Assembly: GCA_017454945.1 (NCBI GenBank)
Contig: JAFTCA010000010.1
Span: 161,619-225,618 of the forward strand
Length of the DNA stretch: 64,000 nt
Direction: 5' to 3'
From: Bacteroidales bacterium
GTDB lineage: Bacteria > Bacteroidota > Bacteroidia > Bacteroidales > WCHB1-69
This document shows, piece after piece, positions 27,464 to 36,321 of this stretch (within the stretch, counting starts at the first letter, position 1; each line of letters begins with the position of its first letter). The notes beneath the pieces are model-generated. The model saw nothing but the letters and a program-made list of their open reading frames with translations, made no database searches and was not told where the DNA came from. The position numbers were made by a program, and so were the translations under genes.

Positions 27464-28048
27464 ATGAAGAGACTGCTTTGCGTTTTTGGATTTCTTTTTT
27501 GCCTGAGTTTGGTTTACGCTCAGAGCGATGACGATATTCCGCTCCCAAAAAGCCTGCAAACAGGCAGAGCGGCCAATAATATCGACCGCAAAGTGAAATT
27601 TATGGTGGGCGGCTCCTTCGGCTTCCAGATAGGCACCTATACGGCCATTGAAGTGGCGCCCAAATTCGGCATTTATGCCACCGACTTCCTAGCTTTCGGC
27701 ATTACGGGCACCTACATGTTCATGCACACCCGCGCGTACGGACTGTCGCTCAACAGCCACACTTTCGGCGGCGGCGCTTTTGTAGAAGGATATGTCTGGA
27801 AACGACTCATTTTGCACGCATCCTATGAATATCTTAACTTTGATGCCTTATTTATTGATAATGCAAACCAAGTATATGTGGACAGAGTGGGTAATCATGG
27901 CATTTTGGTGGGACCGGGCTATCGCCAGAAAGTGGGCGAGCGTGTCAACATCTTCGCCTTGATATTGTTTCCCGTCTATCAAAGTCAACATGAGCTAAAA
28001 CCTTACTCCATACCCGTTTACAAAGTAGGTGTCACCGTTGACATATAA
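27464..28048 (+). CDS. Small outer-membrane beta-barrel-like protein
   Basis: Signal peptide MKRLLCVFGFLFCLSLVYAQ and alternating hydrophobic strands. The ATG at 27464 is preferred. Confidence 0.5.
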   Translation: MKRLLCVFGFLFCLSLVYAQSDDDIPLPKSLQTGRAANNIDRKVKFMVGGSFGFQIGTYTAIEVAPKFGIYATDFLAFGITGTYMFMHTRAYGLSLNSHTFGGGAFVEGYVWKRLILHASYEYLNFDALFIDNANQVYVDRVGNHGILVGPGYRQKVGERVNIFALILFPVYQSQHELKPYSIPVYKVGVTVDI

Positions 28049-28055
28049 AGTTGCC

Positions 28056-29348
28056 ATGTCGTCATTCCAAACCCAATACCAGCTTTCACGGGCCTTGTTG
28101 AAAAACAAGAACAACCGCTACTCGCGCCCGATAGTGCATCTGGCGGTGGCTGGCGTGGTGCTCAGCCTGGTCATCATGATTATCGCCGTATCGGTGACGA
28201 CGGGCTACAAAAATCAGATTCGGCAGAAGGTTATTGCGATGGGCTCGCACATCCGCATTTCGAACAACGACCTGAACTACTCGTACGAGCCAGTGCCATT
28301 CGACCGCCAACAGCCGTTTGTCGGCACGTTGGAAGCCAACCCGCACATCCAGAAACTGCAATACTACTCCACCAAAGTGGGCATCGTGAAGACCGATGAC
28401 CAAGTGGAAGGCATTGTACTTAAAGGCATTGACACATCGTTCCTATGGAGCAATTTCGGACAGAACATCATTGCGGGCCAGCCCTTGAATGTGTCGGGCG
28501 AAGAGGCCAGCAAGGAGATTCTGATTTCCTCCACACTGTCGAAAAAACTGCAGCTGGCGGTGGGCGACCGCTGTCGCACCTATTTTGTGCAAGACCCGCC
28601 GCGACAGCGCAACTTCACCATTGTGGGCATTTACGAAACGGGCATGCCCGAATATGACGAGAAATTCGCCCTCGTGGATTTGCGGCAGGTGCAAAAACTC
28701 AACGATTGGGACAGCAATCTCGTGGGCGGCATCGAAATACTGATTGACGACTACGACCGCATTGATGAAGTGGGCCAATTTGTCAAAGACAACGCCCAGA
28801 TTTTGCAGCAAGCCGTCAGGATGCAAACCTCGGGCGATTCAACCCTTACCGACACCGTGACTTACCAACTCAAAGCCGAGACCATCAAGGAAATCTATCC
28901 CGAAATCTTCGAATGGATTGCCCTTTTCGACACCAATGTCATTGTGCTGATCATCATTACTTGCATCATCTGCCTGGTTACAATGCTGTCTAACTTCTTC
29001 ATTATCATCTTGGAACAGGTTCAAACCATTGGCATCCTGAAAACGTTGGGTATGAAAACCGGCAACATTTTGCAACTCTTTCTCTTCATTGCCGGTAAAA
29101 TCATTTTGCGGGGCCTCATTATCGGCAATGTGGCGGCCATCGCCATCTGCTGGCTGCAAAAGGCGTTCCATCTTGTCAAACTCGATCCTGCCACTTATTA
29201 TGTATCCTACGTTCCCATCGACTTTAACATACCGATAATCATTGCGTTAAACGCTGGCATATTGCTGCTTTGCATTTTGGTGCTGGCGGTGCCCTCCTTC
29301 TACATTGCCAAACACATTTCGCCCGTCAAAGCCATTCGTTTCGATTAG
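28056..29348 (+). CDS. FtsX-family ABC transporter permease (LolC/LolE-like)
   Basis: N-terminal TM, a large periplasmic domain, and three C-terminal TM helices with an FtsX-like pattern. Confidence 0.8.
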   Translation: MSSFQTQYQLSRALLKNKNNRYSRPIVHLAVAGVVLSLVIMIIAVSVTTGYKNQIRQKVIAMGSHIRISNNDLNYSYEPVPFDRQQPFVGTLEANPHIQKLQYYSTKVGIVKTDDQVEGIVLKGIDTSFLWSNFGQNIIAGQPLNVSGEEASKEILISSTLSKKLQLAVGDRCRTYFVQDPPRQRNFTIVGIYETGMPEYDEKFALVDLRQVQKLNDWDSNLVGGIEILIDDYDRIDEVGQFVKDNAQILQQAVRMQTSGDSTLTDTVTYQLKAETIKEIYPEIFEWIALFDTNVIVLIIITCIICLVTMLSNFFIIILEQVQTIGILKTLGMKTGNILQLFLFIAGKIILRGLIIGNVAAIAICWLQKAFHLVKLDPATYYVSYVPIDFNIPIIIALNAGILLLCILVLAVPSFYIAKHISPVKAIRFD

Positions 29349-29363
29349 TATATCTTATTGAAA

Positions 29364-30833
29364 ATGAAATATTTCACACCTATAAAACTGTTTTTTTCAT
29401 TAATCTTCGGGATGATGACCATTGCCGCCACTGCACAAATATCGCCATTAGACTACGGTTTGCGCGACGCCACCACAGGCACTGAACGCTACAACGCTCT
29501 TTACAAAGTACATAGCGAGGCCATTTCACGTGGAACGACCGTGTCGTACGAAGGCATCCGACAGTTGGACATTGAGTTGCCGCCCGATTTCAAGAGCATC
29601 CCCGTTGGGCGCTACACCGACTTTGGCGGCGTGGTATTCTATGTCACCAACCGCAGTCGCCACGACGCCTTATTTGTGATGAACGACTGGGGCACGTCTG
29701 TTGACCTGCCCAAAGAGATGGTGGACGGCCGCGACTTTCGCTCGATTTCCGCATTGGCGGATGGGTATAAAATGTTGATATTAAACGATAAGCATCCGTG
29801 GACCGAGCGCCAGGGCTATGGATATCGTGTTTACCGTAAAGATATTCTGTTATTGCACAACGGACGAAGCGAAAGCGGCACCATTGCCCCGTGGAATACC
29901 GAAGCTACAGAATTGAGTGCCAGCTATATAAATATAGACACCGCACAAAAAGTATTCAAGGGACTCACGCTGCTACGGAGCAAGGAATCGACTTTCCGAA
30001 CCTACTGCCTTACGATGAACGGACAGTATAATGTGCTGATTGAAAATGTTTTAGTAAGTACACCAAGGAGTCGGATGATTGACGACCGCGTGTTTGGCGT
30101 GTACGACTGTATGCGCATCACCTTCCGCGATGTGCGCGTGGCCGGCACTTATTCGGGCTATGGCCGCTGGCGCGACTATGGTTACGCCTTCTCGATGAGC
30201 AACGTGCGCGATGCACGCTTTGAGCTGGTGAGCGCTGACGGCAACTGGGGTGTTTTCGGCACCAACAATCTGGCTAACACTACTTTGACAAGCTGCGACA
30301 TCAACCGCTTCGACATCCACTGCTATGGCCGCGACGCCCTGCTGGAGCGATGCACGCTGCGACAGCGCCAAACGCAGTTCTCGTCGATGTACGGCACCGT
30401 CACTTTCGACTCGTGCCGCTTTGTGGACTGCATACCCGTGCGCATCCGCTCGAGCTACAACGCCTACACTCCCTTCGATATTAAGATGTTGAACTGTACC
30501 TTCGAGCTGACACCACGCCACCACTCGTTAGTGAATGTCATGCTGCTTGACACAGCCGAAAACAGTCGTCCGGAGCTCAACACAAAGTGCTGGCCCAACC
30601 TGCAAGTCATTGGGATGAAGGTGATTGCGCCCCGAAATGTTCGTTCGCTGGACCTATTTGAACCGACGGGCACCCTCAGCGAACTGGACAAGCCTGTTGG
30701 CTATCTTAACCAAGTGACCGTCAAAGACTTGCAAATAATGCGCCCCAACGGGAAGGCCGCCGACATTCCCTGCCAGCTCTCAACCAAAGAGTTCAAGACG
30801 GTAACGGAGTTGCTATTTACAATTGATAATTAA
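29364..30833 (+). CDS. Secreted hypothetical protein (possible beta-helix fold)
   Basis: Signal peptide ...MMTIAATAQ. I recognise no family. The last codons (TIDN) are supplied by the intergenic word-repeat. Confidence 0.6.
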   Translation: MKYFTPIKLFFSLIFGMMTIAATAQISPLDYGLRDATTGTERYNALYKVHSEAISRGTTVSYEGIRQLDIELPPDFKSIPVGRYTDFGGVVFYVTNRSRHDALFVMNDWGTSVDLPKEMVDGRDFRSISALADGYKMLILNDKHPWTERQGYGYRVYRKDILLLHNGRSESGTIAPWNTEATELSASYINIDTAQKVFKGLTLLRSKESTFRTYCLTMNGQYNVLIENVLVSTPRSRMIDDRVFGVYDCMRITFRDVRVAGTYSGYGRWRDYGYAFSMSNVRDARFELVSADGNWGVFGTNNLANTTLTSCDINRFDIHCYGRDALLERCTLRQRQTQFSSMYGTVTFDSCRFVDCIPVRIRSSYNAYTPFDIKMLNCTFELTPRHHSLVNVMLLDTAENSRPELNTKCWPNLQVIGMKVIAPRNVRSLDLFEPTGTLSELDKPVGYLNQVTVKDLQIMRPNGKAADIPCQLSTKEFKTVTELLFTIDN

Positions 30834-31115
30834 CAATTTACAATTATTATCCGCGCAGATTCGTGGCAATTTATATCTCCGCGAATTACACGAATTAACA
30901 CGGAATAATTCTCCCGCAGATTTCGCAGATTAACGCAGATTTTTTCAATACAATATTCCCATTTCTTTCTCGTTATAATACTTTAGACTTTAGCAATTCC
31001 TTTTATCTATAACTCTATAACTCTATAATTCTTAACTCATTAGTTCCTAACTTCTTAACTATTCTTCACTCACTTCAACAGTTAAACATTTAAACAATCA
31101 ACACCTCAACAATCA
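30821..31115. repeat. Modular short-word intergenic array
   Basis: Module order is TTTACAATT-type words, then CGCAGATT-type words, then TATAACTC words, then CTTAACT words, then CACTCACTTC, then CAATCAACA words, then the gene start. Confidence 0.8.
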
Positions 31116-31125
31116 ACATACCATT

Positions 31126-32970
31126 ATGAGCACCTTAAAATCATGGTTTAAAAACCTTTTGGAAAACCTTAAGCAGGTTTTTATTCGTTATCCGTTGGCT
31201 TGCTTTTTTTCGCTGGCCATAACAGTTATGATTTCGTCTCTCATTATTGCCGAAGATATCAAAATGGAGGCTGTCTTTTTCAGTGTGATGTGGGGCTGCG
31301 GCTTGGCGGCCGTGCTGACTTTCGCCTTCGGACTTTTCTGCAAGCATCACGAAACCAAGTTGTGGCAACAGCTCACAGGCTATGGCGCGGCTGTCCTGCT
31401 GGCTGCTGGCGGCGGCTGGCTGTTCTTCCACTTTTACGGCAATGACGTTATTGGCTATTATGCCACCACGATGGTGTTTATCACACTGTTGGTACTTTTC
31501 TGGCTTCCTATGGCTGGCAAACGCAACATACAACTGACTTGGAACTACCACGCCCGTCTGGTGCTGTCGGGTATAGCAGCCGTAGTGCTGGGCTGTGTTG
31601 TAGCACTGAGCCTTAGCGGCATCCTCGGCTCCATCTATCTGCTTTTCAATGTGGAGACAGACAAACTACTGGAGGTCTTGCTGGCTGTCACCTACTGCTT
31701 TTTCACGCCGTGCTGCGCCATGGCCCTGATGCCCGTAGAACGCGAGGCATACGACCAGCCGCTGCAATACCAGAAATTCACCCGCATATTGGCACTGTAC
31801 ATCCTGCTGCCGCTCATCTGCATTGAAGGCATTATTTTATACATATATATGTTTAAGATATTGTTCCAGTGGCAATTGCCCGACGGTGGCGTTGCCTACC
31901 TTGTCTTCTCTTACGCCATCATCGGCTCGCTCATCTGGTACCTTCTTATGCCTGTCTATCTTTCCGAAGAGAAACAGTGGGCGCGCTTCTTCAACCGCAC
32001 TTTCTTCATCTCACTGCTACCGCTGTTAGGCTTGCTCTTCGTAGGCCTCTTCCGTCGCATTGGCGACTATGGTCTCACCACCAACCGCTATATCGTCTTC
32101 CTCGTGGCCTGCTGGTTTACCGTGATGGCTATCTTCATGGCGATTAAAAACACGAAGAATGTCCTGCCCTGGCTGATGTCGCTCACCGCTATCTCACTGC
32201 TGGTGATGTTCGGACCATGGAGTATGTTTGCCGTACCAAAAGTAATGCAAACGCGTCATTTTGAGAATATTACAACAGAATACAACCTACTCGTCGACAA
32301 TCATATAGTAGCACCGGCCGAGTCGCTGACCTTGGAGCAGAACATCGAACTGAGTGAGTCGCTCGACTTTTTCTTGGAAGAGCAAAACCGCTACGAATTC
32401 ACCGAACACTATTTTGGCCTCTCCAACGCCGAAACCGACTCGTTGGATGATGGTGGTTACTACGCATTACATAACAGACTGATGGAAAGAATGAAAGGCG
32501 AATATGTCCACGAAAGGGACCGCCGTCACCGCGAAGATGCGGAAGTAGAAGAGGTAGACCAAACTTACTCTTTCCGCCAGCATGTCGATACAAGACAGAT
32601 GTATCATATTTCGGGCTATGATTACAGTTTCTACTTGGATGAATGGAATAATGGGCTTAAGGAACATTGGTACGAAAACGATCCTATCCGCTTGAATATC
32701 AAGACCAATTTGGACAGCTCGGCGGTTATCACTTTCTCGTTTACCGACCACTCGTTCGACATCAACCCGATAGAGTCGTTAGGGTTGGCCAAGCGCATCG
32801 ACAACGGCTGCGATAACTACGGAAATCTGTTGCATAATCATGAAATAGTACACGAAGACAGCTATCTCAAACTCTATTTGGATGTTTTAGATATTCGTGT
32901 TTTAAGAGACTCAACAGGAACGGATTACCTTGACAATATTGAGTTCAGAGCGTTCTTGAAGAAGAAATAA
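31126..32970 (+). CDS. Polytopic membrane protein, DUF4153-like, with a soluble C-terminal domain
   Basis: About 10 TM helices over the first ~370 aa, followed by a hydrophilic domain. The family call is from memory. Confidence 0.6.
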   Translation: MSTLKSWFKNLLENLKQVFIRYPLACFFSLAITVMISSLIIAEDIKMEAVFFSVMWGCGLAAVLTFAFGLFCKHHETKLWQQLTGYGAAVLLAAGGGWLFFHFYGNDVIGYYATTMVFITLLVLFWLPMAGKRNIQLTWNYHARLVLSGIAAVVLGCVVALSLSGILGSIYLLFNVETDKLLEVLLAVTYCFFTPCCAMALMPVEREAYDQPLQYQKFTRILALYILLPLICIEGIILYIYMFKILFQWQLPDGGVAYLVFSYAIIGSLIWYLLMPVYLSEEKQWARFFNRTFFISLLPLLGLLFVGLFRRIGDYGLTTNRYIVFLVACWFTVMAIFMAIKNTKNVLPWLMSLTAISLLVMFGPWSMFAVPKVMQTRHFENITTEYNLLVDNHIVAPAESLTLEQNIELSESLDFFLEEQNRYEFTEHYFGLSNAETDSLDDGGYYALHNRLMERMKGEYVHERDRRHREDAEVEEVDQTYSFRQHVDTRQMYHISGYDYSFYLDEWNNGLKEHWYENDPIRLNIKTNLDSSAVITFSFTDHSFDINPIESLGLAKRIDNGCDNYGNLLHNHEIVHEDSYLKLYLDVLDIRVLRDSTGTDYLDNIEFRAFLKKK

Positions 32971-33147
32971 TTGATAATTAACAATTTATAATTTACAATT
33001 GATAATTATTTTCCGTGAAGATTCGTGTAATTCGCGGAAGAAAATGCTCCACGGATCTCGCGGATTTGCGCGGAGATATATTCCCGCAGATTGCGCGGAT
33101 TTGCGTGAAAAAGATTTCCGTGAAGATTCGTGTGATTCGCGGAGGTT
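32969..33147. repeat. Short-word intergenic array containing a pair of 30-bp direct repeats
   Basis: ttccgtgaagattcgtgt[a/g]attcgcgga[a/g]g occurs at 33011-33040 and 33116-33145. The 20-mer aattgataattaacaattta (32969-32988) is identical to 30821-30840. Confidence 0.8.
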
Positions 33148-33687
33148 TTACGACTGCTTCCCTATATTTTCCTCAATCATCTCTTTGAGGTATTGCACAA
33201 TTTCGGGGTTCTGGACCGACATGCCGTCCAGGGCCTCGTTCACTTCGTCGGTGTCAAGTACAAAGTCGGTCTGGTCGTCTTTGTAGTGAAAGATGAAGCG
33301 CACATCAGGATAGGAAGAGAGTGTGAGCACCACGGCGCCGGCCAGGTCGCCCATAGGCTTGCGGTCGATGTGTGTCAGGCCGAAGGTGGCAGTCACTTCG
33401 GTGCCTTTGCCCACCTCTGAGGTTATGTTGAACGAGCCTCCCGTCAGCTCGGCGTTCTGCTTGAGCAGCGGCAGGCCTAATCCCACCTTACGCGTGGTGC
33501 GCGTGGTGAAGAACGGCTCTGTCACCTTTTTCACCATCGCCTCATCCATGCCGCAACCATTGTCCTTGAAACGGAGCACCAGCTTGTCGTCGGCAGTGCT
33601 TTTCTCCACATCCAGTTCAATCTTCGTGGCCTTGGCGCGGGTAGAATTCTGTAATATATCGATGATATGTAGAGATAAGTCTTTCAT
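33148..33687 (-). CDS. GHKL (HATPase_c) ATP-binding protein
   Basis: DNGCGMD, GLGLPLL and EVGKGTEV boxes, with no DHp or His-phosphotransfer domain. Confidence 0.8.
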   Translation of the reverse strand: MKDLSLHIIDILQNSTRAKATKIELDVEKSTADDKLVLRFKDNGCGMDEAMVKKVTEPFFTTRTTRKVGLGLPLLKQNAELTGGSFNITSEVGKGTEVTATFGLTHIDRKPMGDLAGAVVLTLSSYPDVRFIFHYKDDQTDFVLDTDEVNEALDGMSVQNPEIVQYLKEMIEENIGKQS

Positions 33688-33699
33688 TATAAATGGTTT

Positions 33700-34440
33700 T
33701 TAAGTTAAAGAAACCAAACGCCCCTGCTCCTGATGCAGAGCCAAACGGATCTCCTCAAACGAGCGCGTCTCCATCTCAAAATAGCAGGGTGACGTGCCCA
33801 CCACGTCGGGAATGTGCGCATCGGAAGCACGCGTAAATGTTTTGTCTTTGAGGTAGGAATGCTCCTTCAAAATCTTCTCCTTGTCGCCAAACTTCGACAA
33901 CTCAACAGCATCGTAATCCAAATCGAAAGGAATAAAGCCCAACTGGGAGATAACACTATACTTCGGTTTGTCGATATGGGCTGGAATGAACAGGCCGTTA
34001 AGCTCCTTTACCTTTTTATTTATCTGACTTATAGATTCATCCAAGCACGAAGTGAGCAGCCGAGGTTCCTCATAAACGATATTGTCATCCTCATCAATCT
34101 GCACTTGGTCACCGAAAAGGTCGGGTGAGTTGGGTATATTGGGAAGATGCTCGTCGAGGTACTGCTGGAAAGCGTCCAGTTGCTCGTACGTCTCGAAAAA
34201 AGCCAGACAGTGCGCTTCTTCCTTCGTCGTCACCTCGGCGCCGCATAGGATGAAGATGTTGCGGCGCTTGGAGTAGTGCTGAGCCAAGCGGCAGTGACGG
34301 GTGGCGTTGTGGTCGGTGATACCCAGCACATCAACGCCGCGCTGTAACGCCAGCTCGACAATATACTCGGGTGTCATGTCCAAATCGCCACACGGGGAAA
34401 GAAGCGTGTGGTTGTGCAAATCGACTTTGTAGCGGGTCAT
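33700..34440 (-). CDS. PHP-domain phosphoesterase
   Basis: DLHNHTLLSPCGD...ITDHN...SDAH motifs. The ATG at 34440 is preferred over the TTG at 34461. Confidence 0.8.
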   Translation of the reverse strand: MTRYKVDLHNHTLLSPCGDLDMTPEYIVELALQRGVDVLGITDHNATRHCRLAQHYSKRRNIFILCGAEVTTKEEAHCLAFFETYEQLDAFQQYLDEHLPNIPNSPDLFGDQVQIDEDDNIVYEEPRLLTSCLDESISQINKKVKELNGLFIPAHIDKPKYSVISQLGFIPFDLDYDAVELSKFGDKEKILKEHSYLKDKTFTRASDAHIPDVVGTSPCYFEMETRSFEEIRLALHQEQGRLVSLT

Positions 34441-34454
34441 GGCGCAAAGGCTGT

Positions 34455-34787
34455 TTAGCAAATCAGCTGATATACCTGACCTGCCGTTTCAAAGGTCTGC
34501 TGTGAAGTGCCCAACACGGGAATCTCTTCTTCTACAGCATGTTGCAGCGTATCCTCTTCGGGCTCAAAGCCTTTGACAAGGATAATGCACGACAAATCTT
34601 TCAACGAAGCGATGGCAGCCACATTTTGGTGAGTTTGCAAAGTAATCCAGGCCATGCCCGATTTTGCGTTGCCCATCACATCGCTCAGCAAGTCGGATAC
34701 ATAGCATCCTTCAATAGTTCTATCTAAGTTGGTTTCTCCGCAGAAGATTTTCAGATTCATCTTCTCTGCTAATTCTTTTACTGTCAT
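34455..34787 (-). CDS. DRTGG-domain protein (copy 2)
   Basis: 110 aa with ...VSDLLSDVMGNAK...ITLQTHQNV... Paralogous to 36787-37134. Confidence 0.75.
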   Translation of the reverse strand: MTVKELAEKMNLKIFCGETNLDRTIEGCYVSDLLSDVMGNAKSGMAWITLQTHQNVAAIASLKDLSCIILVKGFEPEEDTLQHAVEEEIPVLGTSQQTFETAGQVYQLIC

Positions 34788-34794
34788 ATTGTTA

Positions 34795-34936
34795 GGGTTT
34801 AGGTTTAAAAGTTAAGAAGTTAAGAAGTTAAGAAACTAAGGAGTTAAGATTATATAAAGTGAATAAGTGAGGAGTTAAGATTATGTTCTTCTAATTGTAA
34901 ATTATTAATTGTCAATTGTAAATTATAAATTGTGAA
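34795..34936. repeat. Short-word intergenic array splitting the six-gene cluster
   Basis: Three tandem copies of (a)gttaagaa plus aactaaggagttaaga. Positions 34912-34933 are the exact reverse complement of 32981-33002 (22 nt). Confidence 0.8.
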
Positions 34937-36319
34937 TTACTCTATCGCCAAGTCCGCAATATTATCGGGGTTAAACTTATCGGTACCCCAAATCTGGTAG
35001 GCAATCTGCAGTGCTTCTTCGGTTGAGAGGCGGGCATTTTGTTCCAATATGCGTTGAATGAAGACGCAGCGCTTAATGTCGGTTTTTTCGCTACCCACGG
35101 CCAGCGAGAACTCCTTGCACGACTGGTAGCCGCACATACGGCAGTCGATTTGCGGCAGGTGCTTGTTGATAGAAATGGATTTCTCCATCTTGCGCATAGC
35201 CACGCTGATGTCATTGTCGAGCTTGTCCATAGAGCGCGGCTCCACCTTGCCTACCTTGCTGTGTTTATCTAAGTAGTCGGCATCGGCCAGCAAGCCGTTC
35301 TCCTTCACAGTCACTTCGGCGGGACTCTTCTCGGCTCTATATTTCTGTTTTTCAACGATAAGGAAGCGGTTGTTGGCGCAGAGGATGCCGCCAGCGCAAC
35401 TCTGGTCGCATGCGCGCAGTTCGAGGAAGTCGATATCGTCAATATCCTCATTTTCCAACTTCTCCAAGAATGTGGAAACGTTGTGCACATCGTCAATTGC
35501 CAAGTTACGACCTTTTTTCAGCAGGCTGATTTCACCGTCGGTCAGCGCCCACAGCAACGCATCTTTCGACAAGATGTTCATACGAAGATCGGCGGGTGGA
35601 GGTGGACAATCGCCCTGCTTGATACGACGCAATACTTTGTTATACAAGTAGTTCATATTGATAACGCCATCAATGGGCGACTTCTCATCACCCACAGGGC
35701 TTTTCACGGCAGCAATCTTGGCGGCGCAAGGAGCCACATAGAAAATGCCGATGTCTTCAGGAGCAACACCCTGTGTCTCAACAAGATGCTTTTTGATATA
35801 CAGGGCGGTCAAATCCAACGGCGGCTTGGTCAGCATCAGGTTGCCTACCAGCGAGGGAAACTTCACCTGTATCAATCGCACGATAGCGGGGCAGAACGAA
35901 GAGATGACGGGCATTCCCCTATCGGGATCTTGCATCTTCTTGGATAACAACTGCTTAATCACATCCACACTCTGTTCTACTTCATAAATATGTCGGAAGC
36001 CTAAATCGGCCACAGCGGCCACAATATCTTTTTCTTTAACTTTGTCAGGAAACTGCGATCCGAAAATGGAAGGGCATAGAAGCACAGGAACCTTATAGTT
36101 GTAAATCGTTTGGAAGTCGTCCTGTTCAATGTAGATAGCGTGCACGGGACAGGCCAGATAGCAATGGCCGCAGTCGATACAACGGTTATCGTCTAACACG
36201 GGGCGACCGTTTTCGATATGGATGGCGGCGGTAGGGCAGCACTCGGTGCAATGCGAGCAGCCTATGCACAAGTCATACTTGAATTTAAGGGCGTGATGAA
36301 ACGATTCTTGAGCTTCCAT
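34937..36319 (-). CDS. [FeFe]-hydrogenase-like Fe-S protein with degenerate H-cluster motifs (putative sensor)
   Basis: N-terminal 2x[4Fe-4S] (CIGCSHCTECCP, CIDCGHCYLACP). The hydrogenase large-subunit-like core carries SSFCPAIV, VAPCAAK and ACDQSCAGG in place of TSCCPxW, MPCxxKxxE and MxCxxGCxxG. The C-terminal CRMCGYQSCKEF...RCVF resembles the RnfB-type putative Fe-S domain. Confidence 0.75.
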   Translation of the reverse strand: MEAQESFHHALKFKYDLCIGCSHCTECCPTAAIHIENGRPVLDDNRCIDCGHCYLACPVHAIYIEQDDFQTIYNYKVPVLLCPSIFGSQFPDKVKEKDIVAAVADLGFRHIYEVEQSVDVIKQLLSKKMQDPDRGMPVISSFCPAIVRLIQVKFPSLVGNLMLTKPPLDLTALYIKKHLVETQGVAPEDIGIFYVAPCAAKIAAVKSPVGDEKSPIDGVINMNYLYNKVLRRIKQGDCPPPPADLRMNILSKDALLWALTDGEISLLKKGRNLAIDDVHNVSTFLEKLENEDIDDIDFLELRACDQSCAGGILCANNRFLIVEKQKYRAEKSPAEVTVKENGLLADADYLDKHSKVGKVEPRSMDKLDNDISVAMRKMEKSISINKHLPQIDCRMCGYQSCKEFSLAVGSEKTDIKRCVFIQRILEQNARLSTEEALQIAYQIWGTDKFNPDNIADLAIE

Positions 36320-36321
36320 GG

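Noticed and set aside
33011-33145. CRISPR-like appearance of the 30-bp direct repeats.
   Set aside because: There are only two repeat copies and one spacer of 75 bp, which is itself made of the same word family. No cas genes or leader are present. An inverted partial copy elsewhere indicates the dispersed word-repeat family rather than a CRISPR array.
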